Below, piece after piece: positions 54,523 through 64,000 of a stretch of DNA of 64,000 bases. Source of the stretch: Minisyncoccota bacterium (lineage in GTDB: Bacteria > Patescibacteriota > Minisyncoccia > Phycocordibacterales > CAIZLB01); contig JAIPIA010000003.1 in the NCBI GenBank assembly GCA_021734945.1, positions 156,895-220,894 on the forward strand, written 5' to 3'. A program made the translations under genes and the position numbers. How positions within the stretch are numbered: position 1 is the stretch's first letter; each line of letters begins with the position of its first letter. The notes under the pieces were generated by a model. The model saw nothing but the letters and a program-made list of their open reading frames with translations. It was not told the origin of the DNA and did no database searches.

Positions 54523-55605
54523 ATGAACAAGACGAAACATATTTTTGCTATTATTTTTCTTCTACTAATTGTTGGGCTAATATACTATTTTAAAGGGGGT
54601 TACACTGCGGTGAAAGAAAACAGATCGGCAAATACAGGATTAAAAGTAGGGGTAATATTACCCTTAAGTGGTGATTTGGCTCAACTAGGCGAAGAAGTCC
54701 AGAAAGGGATTGAATTAGGTGTAGAGGAAGCTAGAAAAAATGGATATAAAATTGATGTCATATACGGCGATGATAAAAGTAACTTTGGTGCAGATTCTGT
54801 CAGCGAGGCCAATAAACTTATACATATAAATAAAGTTGATGTTGTATTGACTCTTTTTGCAGAAGAAGCAAAACCAATCATACCAATAGTATCAAAGAGC
54901 AGGGTTCCTCTTCTCGTCTTATGGGATAGCAATAGATTTATAACTGAAGCTGGACCGTATGTGTTTAGTAATGGTTTTTCAACTGAAAAAGCCGCTATTA
55001 AAATGGCAGATTATGCTTTTAATGAATTAGAAAAAAGAAAAATCGCTATTGTGGGACATATAGATCCTTGGGTAGAAATCGCCGTCGAGTCTTTTAAAAA
55101 GCAATTTATTGGCCATGGTGGTCAAATTACATTTGAAGAAATTGTTCCTGTTACTACTGATGACTATCGAACAACAATTACAAAACTAAAACAGACCGAC
55201 TTTGATGCAGTTTATTTTCCTCTTATTCCCCCTTCTACTGCTCAATTTCTTATTCAAGCAAAACAACTCGGAATTAATACCACTTTATTGACTGGAGATC
55301 TAATACCAAGTGTTGTAGATGAAGCAAAGACTTCTGCTGAAAATGTATATACAACAAATATCTTTACTGACGAAGACGACGCTTTAAACCAAAAATATAA
55401 AGACTTTTTTGGCACTGAGATTGGAGACAGCACTCTCGTATCTTTTGGATATGATGGTATTGATTCAATCATTAAGGCAAAAAACAAAGACTCTGAAAGT
55501 CTTGCGACTGGATTTTTATTACTTTACGGTAAAAAACATTCTGCAGATAAAGAGGAGAGGCTCTACCAAGTTCAAAAAGGCGAACAAGTTCTAATTGAAA
55601 AATAA
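54523..55605 (+). CDS. ABC transporter substrate-binding protein, LivJ/branched-chain amino-acid type (PBP type 1)
   Basis: Signal anchor, two Rossmann-like lobes (KVGVILPLSGDLAQLGEE...) and a C-terminus homologous to the pseudogene at 41640-42055. Confidence 0.75.
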   Translation: MNKTKHIFAIIFLLLIVGLIYYFKGGYTAVKENRSANTGLKVGVILPLSGDLAQLGEEVQKGIELGVEEARKNGYKIDVIYGDDKSNFGADSVSEANKLIHINKVDVVLTLFAEEAKPIIPIVSKSRVPLLVLWDSNRFITEAGPYVFSNGFSTEKAAIKMADYAFNELEKRKIAIVGHIDPWVEIAVESFKKQFIGHGGQITFEEIVPVTTDDYRTTITKLKQTDFDAVYFPLIPPSTAQFLIQAKQLGINTTLLTGDLIPSVVDEAKTSAENVYTTNIFTDEDDALNQKYKDFFGTEIGDSTLVSFGYDGIDSIIKAKNKDSESLATGFLLLYGKKHSADKEERLYQVQKGEQVLIEK

Positions 55606-55633
55606 AGATATCTTTATTTAAAAAGACAATTCA

Positions 55634-58219
55634 CTACAGCTCCAAAGCCTCCAACTTATTCCAATTCTTCCCCGCGTTTGCAGATGTCACAATAGGTACA
55701 CCCTTAGACTGTTCGGGAGTCAGAACACTTTCCATGGTCTGTTTAATCATTATTGCTGCTTTTTTAACCTCTGGTGTACGTATTTCAAAGACAAGCTCAT
55801 CATGTACCTGCAAGAGTAGACGAACATCATTTAGCATTCCGAGTGCGGTAAGTTTTGCATTAATCATATTCATACTTATCTTCACCATATCTGCCGTTGC
55901 TGTTCCTTGTATTGGTGCATTTATTGCCATTCGCTCAGCCGCAGCTCTTATGAATGGTAGTTTAGAATTAATTCCTTCAAAATATCGCCGACGTCCAAAA
56001 AGTGTTTCAGTATAGCCATTTTTAGCAGTCTCAAATTTAACTTTATTTAAATACTCAGCAATTCCCTTAAAATTCTTAAAGTATTCATCATAAAACGCTC
56101 GAGCTTCTGCTTGTGTGCTTCCGAGATTCGCTTTTAATGCATTCACACCCATTCCATACAGAATTCCGAAGTTAATAACCTTTGCTTGTCTTCTCATCTC
56201 TTTTGTCACATCTTTTTCTTCAACTCCAAAAACCTGTGCAGCAACCCCTGTGTGAACATCAATTCCCTTCTTGAAGATATCTATAAGTTTTTCATCTCCC
56301 GAAAGTATTGCAGCAACACGAAGCTCAACTTGAGAATAATCAAAAGACACAAGAGTGTAACCATCTTCTGAAATAAATGCTTCACGTATCGCTCGACCGA
56401 GCTCTGTCTTTATAGGAATATTTTGAACACTTGGATTTGTTGTAGCCATTCGTCCAGTACTCGCTCCCATTTGTATAAAATCTGGATGAATTCTATTTTT
56501 AGAATCTACAAGCCCAGGTAATACATCAATATATGTTCCAAGAAGTTTCGCTAATTCTCGATATTCAAGAATCATATCGATAATAGGGTGTGTTCCCTTC
56601 ATTTTTTCCAATTCTGATTCTTTTGTGGACTTAGCACCACCAGCAGTTTTTTTAATATTTTTTCCACCAAGACCCATTTTATCGAAAAGAATTTCACCCA
56701 TTTGTTTTGGTGAATTTATATTAAACTCTTGGTCAGACTCCTTCCAGATTTTTGTTTCCAACTCTCGAAGTTTTTTATGATACTCTCTGCCTAAATTTTT
56801 AAGAAAATCGACATCCAATTTTACACCCACCTCTTTCATTTTTTCAAGCACCGGTATTAAAGGCCATTCTATTTCATAGAGTATTTTATCCATATTCTTA
56901 GCCTTTATTGCACTTTCTAATTTTTCTAAAGCCACATTAGGATCATACGTTTTAGTAATAGCAAAAACATCATCAAGTGTTGGGTCTGTAATAGTAGAAT
57001 TCAAAACAGATACGGCAATTTTAAGTTTCTTTTCTAAAACAGGATCTACTGTAGCAAAAAGTTGTTCTGGTTCAGATTGATTATTTAAAATATTTTCTTC
57101 TTCAGAATCTGTTTGATTTTCGGATTTTAGAGAGTCACTACCAATATTTTTACTAGATGAATTTTGAGTGCCACCTTGAGCTCCTCTCTGTATTACATTT
57201 TCTAAGTCTTTTTTTGCTTCGCCGTTTACACTTCCAGTGAGAACCTGTCGAACTCGTGGAATAAGTGAACGAAATTCTAGTTCTCTAAATAATTCCTCAA
57301 TTGTAGAAACTGAAACCGTACTTTTCCACTCTTCTTTAGGAAGTTGAAAATCAATAGGAGCATCCCTACGAATAGTAGCAAGCATTTTACTAAACAAGGC
57401 CTCTTCTTTTCCTTTATCAAGAAGCTCTATCATTCGGTCTGATATACCTGCTTTTTTCAGTAGGTTTGGATCTTTTTCTAATGCTTCATAAATACCCTCT
57501 ATTGTTCCAAAACTTGTAATAAGGGTTGTGGCAGTTTTTTCACCTACACCTGCAATACCAATAATATTATCCGAAGGGTCACCTCGCAAACCTTTATAGT
57601 CGGTTAATTGTAGTGGACCAAACTGATATCTTTCTCTAACAGCATCTTCATTATAAATAATTGTATCTTTAATTCCCTTTTTTAAAGTAAAAACACGAAC
57701 ACGATCACCTGTAACAAGCTGAAGAGTATCCATATCTCCTGAAGCTATCACTATATTTATATTATCCATTTCTTTTCTATCTAAAACCTCGTGTACTATT
57801 GTTCCCAACATATCATCAGCCTCAAAACCGACCTTATCCACCATTGGAATATTAAAAGCTTCAAAAATCTTTCGTGAAGACTTAAGTTGTTCAACTAGTG
57901 CATCGTCCGTTTTTTTTCTACCTCCTTTGTAGTCTTTGTACGCCTCGTGTCTATAAGTTGGTTGAGGAAGATCGTAACAAGCAACAATATAATTTGGTTT
58001 AAATTTTTCTAAAATCCCCATCAACATTGTTGAAAGCCCATACAAAGCGCCCGTAGGAGAACCTGTACTTGAGGCAAAATCTGGTAGTGCATGGTATGCA
58101 CGATGAATAATCGCATGAGAATCAAGTAAAACAAGGGTTTTTTTGTCGCCTTTTTTACTTGTTTTATCCACAGACTTATTCACAGTCTCTTTTTTAGGGG
58201 TTTCTCGAGAATCTTTCAT
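55634..58219 (-). CDS. polA: DNA polymerase I
   Basis: 5'-3' exonuclease N-terminal domain (LVLLDSHAIIHRAYHAL) and C-terminal family A polymerase motifs A/B/C (DYSQVELR, KVINFGILYGM, VHDELVFE). Confidence 0.9.
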   Translation of the reverse strand: MKDSRETPKKETVNKSVDKTSKKGDKKTLVLLDSHAIIHRAYHALPDFASSTGSPTGALYGLSTMLMGILEKFKPNYIVACYDLPQPTYRHEAYKDYKGGRKKTDDALVEQLKSSRKIFEAFNIPMVDKVGFEADDMLGTIVHEVLDRKEMDNINIVIASGDMDTLQLVTGDRVRVFTLKKGIKDTIIYNEDAVRERYQFGPLQLTDYKGLRGDPSDNIIGIAGVGEKTATTLITSFGTIEGIYEALEKDPNLLKKAGISDRMIELLDKGKEEALFSKMLATIRRDAPIDFQLPKEEWKSTVSVSTIEELFRELEFRSLIPRVRQVLTGSVNGEAKKDLENVIQRGAQGGTQNSSSKNIGSDSLKSENQTDSEEENILNNQSEPEQLFATVDPVLEKKLKIAVSVLNSTITDPTLDDVFAITKTYDPNVALEKLESAIKAKNMDKILYEIEWPLIPVLEKMKEVGVKLDVDFLKNLGREYHKKLRELETKIWKESDQEFNINSPKQMGEILFDKMGLGGKNIKKTAGGAKSTKESELEKMKGTHPIIDMILEYRELAKLLGTYIDVLPGLVDSKNRIHPDFIQMGASTGRMATTNPSVQNIPIKTELGRAIREAFISEDGYTLVSFDYSQVELRVAAILSGDEKLIDIFKKGIDVHTGVAAQVFGVEEKDVTKEMRRQAKVINFGILYGMGVNALKANLGSTQAEARAFYDEYFKNFKGIAEYLNKVKFETAKNGYTETLFGRRRYFEGINSKLPFIRAAAERMAINAPIQGTATADMVKISMNMINAKLTALGMLNDVRLLLQVHDELVFEIRTPEVKKAAIMIKQTMESVLTPEQSKGVPIVTSANAGKNWNKLEALEL

Positions 58220-58237
58220 ACACCACTATATTACACC

Positions 58238-58807
58238 TTAATACGATATTTTTCTCGTATTTTCATCTATAGATTCAAAAGACAACATTATAGTGTCTCT
58301 TGGCAACACCTCAGCTATTTTCTCTGGCCACTCTATAAAAATAAGAGTATTTGGTTTTTCAAATAATTCTACAAAACGTAAGGTTTCTACTTCTTTTATA
58401 TCTTCAATTCTATACGCATCTATGTGTACAAATTCAGTAAAAATACGTGTTGCTTTTTCGAGCACTAAACTATCAGACGAATTATGAAGATTTGTTTTAT
58501 ATTGCTTTTGAATACCAAAAGTTGGGCTTGTCACCACTTCTTCGACCCCAAGTAAACTTGCTACACATTTTGAAAAAGTTGTCTTACCAGCACCAAGATC
58601 ACCAGAGAGACCTATCACAGTCGCCTGAATTTCTTGTTTTTGAGGTAGGTTAGCTATTTTTTTAAGAAAGACTCTAGCAAAAGAATTGAGTTCTTCGAGA
58701 TTCTTTACAATCACATTTTCTTTAAATATATTTTTTGACTCATTCACAGTAACTGAACTATATATAAACAGGGAACTCCCTGCAACTACCCCGAGTAACC
58801 AAAGCAT
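58238..58807 (-). CDS. tsaE: tRNA threonylcarbamoyladenosine biosynthesis protein TsaE (YjeE) with N-terminal membrane-anchor extension
   Basis: Walker A GLSGDLGAGKTTFSK and the downstream SPTF motif. Confidence 0.7.
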   Translation of the reverse strand: MLWLLGVVAGSSLFIYSSVTVNESKNIFKENVIVKNLEELNSFARVFLKKIANLPQKQEIQATVIGLSGDLGAGKTTFSKCVASLLGVEEVVTSPTFGIQKQYKTNLHNSSDSLVLEKATRIFTEFVHIDAYRIEDIKEVETLRFVELFEKPNTLIFIEWPEKIAEVLPRDTIMLSFESIDENTRKISY

Positions 58808-58997
58808 ATACTTTGGTTACTCAATACAAACAGACAAAAAAACTCCAGTTTTATTTTTATACAGTATTCAATATAATTTTTCGTGCAATAGATTCAAAAA
58901 AAGTATAAAATAGTATAAAGATATCAAAGTCGCGCTAAGAGGACGATCGGCATATGCCGGGCACGAACTAGAGGTTCTCACAATTTAACTAAATCAA

Positions 58998-60839
58998 ATG
59001 CCAATACACTTTGACGAAGATAAACAGAATCAACGAATAAAAACACTCCTTAGTGATGAGGAAGAAAAAGCAATCCAAATGCTTTCTGAAAAGTATGGCA
59101 TCTCATATATTGATCTAACGCGAGTGCCTATCAACACAGACGGCTTGCGTCTTATTATTGAAGAAGAAGCTCGAAAAAACAAACTAGCAGTATTTGATAT
59201 TGTAGGAAAAAGAATTTCTATAGCAATACATACACCTCAAGATCCAAACACGATCGCTTCTATTCGAGCACTCCAAGCAAAAGGCTACGAAACTGTTATT
59301 TATATGGCTTCTATGCATAGTATTGAAAAAGCTTGGGATAGATACAAAGACCTTTCTTTTGCGTTTGAAACAGAAGCCGGTTCACTTGATATTTCAAATG
59401 AAGAGATTGAAACTCTCATAGATAAAGCAAAAAAACTTCCAGATATTTCAATACTTATAAATGAAGCACTCTCTATTAAGAAAAGTCACAAAGTTTCTCG
59501 TTTGATGGCTATCATTATGGCTGGTGGACTTGCCACAAAGTCTTCTGATATTCACATAGAACCAGAAGCTGACTACGCACGACTTCGATACCGACTTGAT
59601 GGTGTACTTGTAGAGGTTGTTAAATTTGATATTGAAACGTTCAGACTTATGCTTTCACGACTCAAGCTTTTGTCTGGACTTAAACTCAACATGAAAGAGT
59701 CTGCTCAAGACGGACGATTCACAGTAAAGATTTACATGAATGATATCGAAATTCGTACATCAACAGTACCAGGCTCATATGGTGAAGCTGTAGTAATGCG
59801 TATCTTGAATCCAAAAAGTATTTCTGTTCCAATAGAAGACCTTGGTTTTCCCCCAAGACTTTTCAAAATACTCATGGCTGAAATCGCTCGACCGAACGGA
59901 CTCATCCTTACTACTGGACCAACAGGTTCTGGTAAAACAACAACACTCTACTCATTTCTTAGAAAGTCTCAGAGTCCAGAGATGAAGATTATTACTATCG
60001 AAGATCCTATCGAATACCACCTTGAAGGAGTTGTTCAAACTCAAGTAGAAGAAAAGAAAGGTTATACCTTTGAAGCAGGTCTTCGAGCAGCGCTTCGACA
60101 AGATCCTGACATTATTATGGTGGGAGAAATCCGAGATGGAGAAACAGCTTCCACAGCTATTCAAGCTGCCCTTACTGGTCACTTAGTATTTTCAACACTC
60201 CACACCAACAACGCAGCGGGTACATTTACTCGACTTGTTGACCTTGGTGTTGATCCAAAAGTACTCACCTCTTCTATTCGAGTTGCTATGGCTCAACGAC
60301 TTATCCGAACACTCTGTAAAGAATGTAAAAAGAAAGTTCCAATTTCAAAAGAAAGACAAGTGTATGTAGACGAATTATTCGCCTCTATCATTGGATATGA
60401 AGAAATGGCTGATTTTCCAACTATTCCTACTGAAGTGTATGAGGCGGTAGGTTGTGAACTTTGTAACAAAACTGGGTACAAAGGGAGAATTGGAGTATAC
60501 GAAGCAATTCTTGCTGACAGAAGTATTGAAAATATAGTAAGAGAGAATCCATCTGAACGAGAAATTAAAATGGCTGCTTTACCTCAAAAAATTCTCAACA
60601 TGAAACAAGATGGTTTAATTAAAATTCTTAAAGGGGTAACTTCTTTTGATGAACTTGAACGAGTAGTTGATATGGCTGAAGAACTTATTGCTGTTAAAGA
60701 TATTAAAACAAATGATTCTCCTGACTCTTCGCTTTCTGAAGCAGAACTATCAACTCCTCTTGAAGATTTAAGTGTAGACCTAGGGGTTGATAGTTTAAAA
60801 CTAGAAACTGATACAAAGCCAACAACAGAAACGGTGTAA
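58998..60839 (+). CDS. pilB: type IV pilus assembly / type II secretion ATPase (PilB/GspE family)
   Basis: N-terminal GSPII-like domain, Walker A GPTGSGKTTTL, Asp and His boxes, and the tetracysteine motif CKECKK...CELCNKTGYKGRIGVYE. Confidence 0.9.
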   Translation: MPIHFDEDKQNQRIKTLLSDEEEKAIQMLSEKYGISYIDLTRVPINTDGLRLIIEEEARKNKLAVFDIVGKRISIAIHTPQDPNTIASIRALQAKGYETVIYMASMHSIEKAWDRYKDLSFAFETEAGSLDISNEEIETLIDKAKKLPDISILINEALSIKKSHKVSRLMAIIMAGGLATKSSDIHIEPEADYARLRYRLDGVLVEVVKFDIETFRLMLSRLKLLSGLKLNMKESAQDGRFTVKIYMNDIEIRTSTVPGSYGEAVVMRILNPKSISVPIEDLGFPPRLFKILMAEIARPNGLILTTGPTGSGKTTTLYSFLRKSQSPEMKIITIEDPIEYHLEGVVQTQVEEKKGYTFEAGLRAALRQDPDIIMVGEIRDGETASTAIQAALTGHLVFSTLHTNNAAGTFTRLVDLGVDPKVLTSSIRVAMAQRLIRTLCKECKKKVPISKERQVYVDELFASIIGYEEMADFPTIPTEVYEAVGCELCNKTGYKGRIGVYEAILADRSIENIVRENPSEREIKMAALPQKILNMKQDGLIKILKGVTSFDELERVVDMAEELIAVKDIKTNDSPDSSLSEAELSTPLEDLSVDLGVDSLKLETDTKPTTETV

Positions 60840-60930
60840 AACTAGATTGACTTTATACCTGTGGAATATATCCTTATAAGTAAGGAGTTTAGTGTTGATT
60901 TTGAAAATTTCATATTATTTAGAAATAAAA

Positions 60931-61108
60931 AAAAACAGCTGTTTAAATCTCTAAGCAATGCTTTCAATCCGGAGATCAGAAGCCCGATAGTCCTTTGAGG
61001 ATAGATCCAGGAACTCGCCCGCGAAGACTTGCACCAGATCGTCCTGTAAGGAAAACCGATTGAAACTACGAGGTTTCTATTGCTTAGAGATTTAAGAAGC
61101 TGTTTTTC
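60931..61108. ncRNA. 178-nt element closed by a ~28-bp near-perfect inverted repeat around a GC-rich core; candidate 6S-like RNA or MITE
   Basis: Left arm aaaaacagctgtttaaatctctaagcaat (60931-60959), right arm attgcttagagatttaagaagctgtttttc (61079-61108). Inside are a further 8-bp pairing (tttcaatc/gattgaaa) and two small hairpins GUCCUUUGAGGA and GUCCUGUAAGGA. Confidence 0.35.
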
Positions 61109-61373
61109 ACTACCTTAGGTTTTACCCTTTTTAGCAGCATCTCTTTCTTATAAAGAGATAATCGCGACCCTTTCGGGTCAGCGACTCTAGTAACATCATA
61201 GCATGTTTTGAAATGTTGTCAAGCTTTTATGCCATACTCTCTTTTAGCCGTCTAGTATTACCTATTTAGCCTTTAGCTTGATATACTGTTTACATACTGA
61301 ACAAATAGATTAAATTCTATAAAATCGTTATTTTTAGCCATTTTATAAATTATTTTGAAGTATCAATAAACCA

Positions 61374-62408
61374 ATGACCGATTCACTTGTCGAAAATTCA
61401 CAAATAGAGGAATCTACTACTATTGAAGATGGTGTTCTAGACCAAACACTTAGACCAAGTCGTTTCGATGATTATATTGGTCAGCAAAACATCAAAGACA
61501 ACCTCAAAATTCTCCTCGAAGCTGCAAAACAACGAAATCACCCTCCTGAGCACCTACTCTTTTATGGACCACCTGGGCTCGGTAAAACAACCCTTGCACA
61601 CCTTATAGCTAAAGAGATGGGTGTACAGATGAAAATCACGTCTGGGCCTGCTATAGAGCGTGTAGGAGACCTTGCTTCAGTACTTACAAACCTTTCACCT
61701 GGAGATATTCTTTTTATTGATGAAATTCACAGGCTCAACAAAGCTGTTGAGGAGGTTTTATATCCAGCAATGGAATCTGGACAAATAGATATTATTATAG
61801 GAAAAGGACCTTCAGCACGTAGTATTCAACTCGACCTTCCACCATTTACCCTTATCTCTGCTACAACACGCATTGCAATGGTTTCATCCCCTCTTCGATC
61901 CCGTTTTTCTGGTGGTGTTTTTCGACTTGAATTTTATACACACGAAGAGATTGAAAAAATCGTTCATCGGTCAGCAAAAATTCTTTCAATAGAGACCGAG
62001 GATTCAGCTATTAAAGAAATTGCACTACGGAGTAGAAGTACACCCCGAACAGCAAACTATCTTTTAAAGAGATGCCGCGATTTTGCACAGGTTAAAAATA
62101 CAAACCTTTCAAAGAAGACAGTCGACGATGCTTTAAAAATGATTGGTATCGATCACAAAGGACTTACTCATTCTGATAGAACAATCCTTGAAACTATTAC
62201 TCATAAATATAATGGGGGGCCTGTTGGTCTAAACACTATTGCAGCTTCTCTTTCTGAAGACCAGGCTACTATCGAAGAATTTAATGAACCCTACCTTATT
62301 CAACTCGGCTTTATAGAAAGAACACCAAGAGGAAGGACTGTTACAGAGTTAGGATATAAGCACCTTGGGTTAGATTATCCTGAAGAGAAAAAGATGTTGT
62401 TTAATTAA
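61374..62408 (+). CDS. ruvB: Holliday junction DNA helicase RuvB
   Basis: AAA+ Walker A GPPGLGKTTLA, sensor motifs and C-terminal winged helix. Confidence 0.9.
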   Translation: MTDSLVENSQIEESTTIEDGVLDQTLRPSRFDDYIGQQNIKDNLKILLEAAKQRNHPPEHLLFYGPPGLGKTTLAHLIAKEMGVQMKITSGPAIERVGDLASVLTNLSPGDILFIDEIHRLNKAVEEVLYPAMESGQIDIIIGKGPSARSIQLDLPPFTLISATTRIAMVSSPLRSRFSGGVFRLEFYTHEEIEKIVHRSAKILSIETEDSAIKEIALRSRSTPRTANYLLKRCRDFAQVKNTNLSKKTVDDALKMIGIDHKGLTHSDRTILETITHKYNGGPVGLNTIAASLSEDQATIEEFNEPYLIQLGFIERTPRGRTVTELGYKHLGLDYPEEKKMLFN

Positions 62409-62452
62409 GTTTAAATTCCATAATATTTACCAAAAGATTTTATATTTATTTT

Positions 62453-62929
62453 ATGAGAATTTTATCTATAGACCCTGGATATGAAAGACTTGGAGTAGCA
62501 ATAATAGATAAAACAAAAGGACAAAAAGAATTTTTAGTATTTTCTGATTGTTTTAAAACTGATGCAAAGGAATTATTTGAAGATAGACTTACTTCGATTG
62601 GATTACGGGTTGAAAAATTAATTGAAGAATATAAACCTGAAGCTCTTTCTATTGAAAATTTATTTATTTCAAATAACCAAAAGACCGCAATGCGTGTGGC
62701 TGAGGTTAGAGGAACCCTTATTTATATATGTAGAAAAAATAACCTCACCATCAAAGAATTTACACCCTTACAAGTAAAACTTGCTGTTACTGGTGATGGT
62801 AAGAGTTCAAAAGATCAAGTAATTAAGATGGTTAAATTGCTAATTAAAAATACAAAAGAAAAAGCTCTTGATGATGAATTTGATGCAATTGCTGTAGGTT
62901 TGGCATATTTCGCATATTCTCGTTTTTAG
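62453..62929 (+). CDS. ruvC: crossover junction endodeoxyribonuclease RuvC
   Basis: MRILSIDPGYERLGVAIID start and catalytic acidic residues. Confidence 0.85.
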   Translation: MRILSIDPGYERLGVAIIDKTKGQKEFLVFSDCFKTDAKELFEDRLTSIGLRVEKLIEEYKPEALSIENLFISNNQKTAMRVAEVRGTLIYICRKNNLTIKEFTPLQVKLAVTGDGKSSKDQVIKMVKLLIKNTKEKALDDEFDAIAVGLAYFAYSRF

Positions 62930-63074
62930 TACATTTGAACAAAAAAACAGTCTAATCTAGTAATTTTATATACTTATCAACATGTTCAATTTTTTAAGGA
63001 GGTTGCATATTTTTTTATGTATGTTACATATATGTTCATAGATAATTTAGTTATTAATTGAATATAAACAATAC

Positions 63075-63356
63075 ATGTCAGACACTCTAAAAGATGATGA
63101 TATAAAAGATAAGGATGAAGAAATCGAGGATGCTGAAGTCGATTTAGAAGCAGCCAGTGAAGAACCCGATTTCGCACCTACTGCAGCTGCACCAGTTGTA
63201 GATGATGAGGACGATCTAGAAGCAGATCCTCACTCTGCCTTTGATACACCTGTTGAATCAGAAGACCCACATATGGACATTTATGGTGACGGAGGTGTTC
63301 CTGGTGAAGAAGATGAGGAGGAAGACGATTATGACGGAGATTCAGATTCATACTAA
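63075..63356 (+). CDS. highly acidic small protein, hypothetical
   Basis: 93 aa with >40% Asp/Glu; terminator follows. Confidence 0.35.
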   Translation: MSDTLKDDDIKDKDEEIEDAEVDLEAASEEPDFAPTAAAPVVDDEDDLEADPHSAFDTPVESEDPHMDIYGDGGVPGEEDEEEDDYDGDSDSY

Positions 63357-63370
63357 AATTAAAATCCCAT

Positions 63371-63416
63371 ATAAAAAACCTGCAAAGTTATTCAAACTCG
63401 CAGGTTTTTTATTTTA
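63371..63416. terminator. bidirectional intrinsic terminator between the acidic-protein gene and tyrS
   Basis: ACCUGC-AAAGUUAUUCAAACUC-GCAGGU followed by UUUUUUAUUUU. Confidence 0.65.
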
Positions 63417-63427
63417 TAAACATATCG

Positions 63428-64000
63428 TTACATCAACACCTTTATGTCTAAAAATCTTCTCTTGCCAACTTTAACCACAATCGGTTTTGAAACTAAATAA
63501 TTAAAATCTTTTATTTCTTCACCTTCTGTTGTATTAACCGCCCCTTCTCTAACAAGTCTCTTAAACTCTCCCGCTGAAGCGACTATCTTTTCATTCTGTA
63601 AAATAATACCAAGTGGAGTACCTGCAGGCACACCAATTTCTTGAATATTTTCTGGAATTTCTCCTTTAGAAAAAGTATTTATAAAATTTTCTTCAGCTAA
63701 TCGTGCTTTTTCTTCTCCATAATAAATTTTTACAATCTCTTTTGCGAGCATCAGCTTAAAATCTCTAGGGTTTGAAACACCTTCATTAAATTGTTTTTTA
63801 ATTTCAGATAGATTTTCATTACTTACATTTGTACATAATTCAAAACCATTTAAAATCATATCATCTGTCCAACTCATTATTTTTCCAAACATTTCTATAT
63901 TTGAATCAAGTAATGAAACCATATTACCCTCTGTTTTACCCATTTTTTTACCCGTGGTATCAGCAAGAAGCTTCATAGTGATACTGGTTTTTTCCTTATT
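63428..64000 (-). CDS. tyrS: tyrosine--tRNA ligase, C-terminal part (KMSKS region plus S4-like domain); continues beyond the window end
   Basis: KMGKTEGN (KMSKS variant) followed by an S4-like C-terminal domain. Confidence 0.85.
   Translation of the reverse strand, partial: NKEKTSITMKLLADTTGKKMGKTEGNMVSLLDSNIEMFGKIMSWTDDMILNGFELCTNVSNENLSEIKKQFNEGVSNPRDFKLMLAKEIVKIYYGEEKARLAEENFINTFSKGEIPENIQEIGVPAGTPLGIILQNEKIVASAGEFKRLVREGAVNTTEGEEIKDFNYLVSKPIVVKVGKRRFLDIKVLM

Noticed and set aside
63241-63474. Plus-strand 77-aa ORF overlapping the terminator and the tyrS 3' end
   Set aside because: It spans an intrinsic terminator and is antisense to tyrS, so it is likely spurious.
1-64000. CRISPR arrays, rRNA genes, transposases, integrases or recombinases
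   Set aside because: No regularly spaced direct repeats, no rRNA-like conserved stretches, and no ORF with DDE transposase, tyrosine recombinase (R..HxxR..Y) or serine recombinase motifs were found by eye on either strand.

Overview
This 64-kb window is low-GC (~35%), gene-dense bacterial DNA whose gene content and style suggest a Candidate Phyla Radiation (Patescibacteria-like) genome. Most of it is housekeeping backbone. It contains five aminoacyl-tRNA synthetases or fragments (GlyRS, type-2 IleRS, ArgRS, partial TyrRS) plus a CsaA-like tRNA-binding protein. It also has the secE-nusG-rplK cluster, rplS, rpsT, glyA, tmk, folD, dut, polA, ruvA and ruvB-ruvC, recO, fpg, holA-like, tsaE, a pilMNO-like operon and a separate pilB/gspE ATPase. 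Cell-envelope genes are present (UppP, PAP2, VanY/M15, DsbB), along with seven tRNA genes that mostly lack an encoded CCA. The accessory signal is concentrated around the tRNA genes. tRNA-Lys and tRNA-Ser each head a small islet carrying a putative aminoglycoside/lincosamide-type nucleotidyltransferase, with partial direct repeats of tRNA 3' ends and no integrase. A ~100-nt GC-rich element occurs twice, each time just 3' of a tRNA and its terminator. A tRNA-Arg 3' end plus its flank is re-duplicated inside the tRNA-Lys islet. A Fic-domain protein gene sits next to that islet, and a GC-rich lipoprotein-like gene and a LivJ-type pseudogene lie in the tRNA-Ser region. The most unusual single gene is the isoleucyl-tRNA synthetase, which carries a complete histidine-phosphatase (PGAM/SixA-type RHG...HG) domain of about 210 aa inserted in its catalytic core. 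Other points of interest are two tandem paralogous cysteine-rich secreted proteins, two GC-rich structured-RNA candidates that end in intrinsic terminators, and a 178-nt element closed by a ~28-bp inverted repeat (6S-RNA-like or MITE-like). No CRISPR array, rRNA, transposase or integrase gene was seen.
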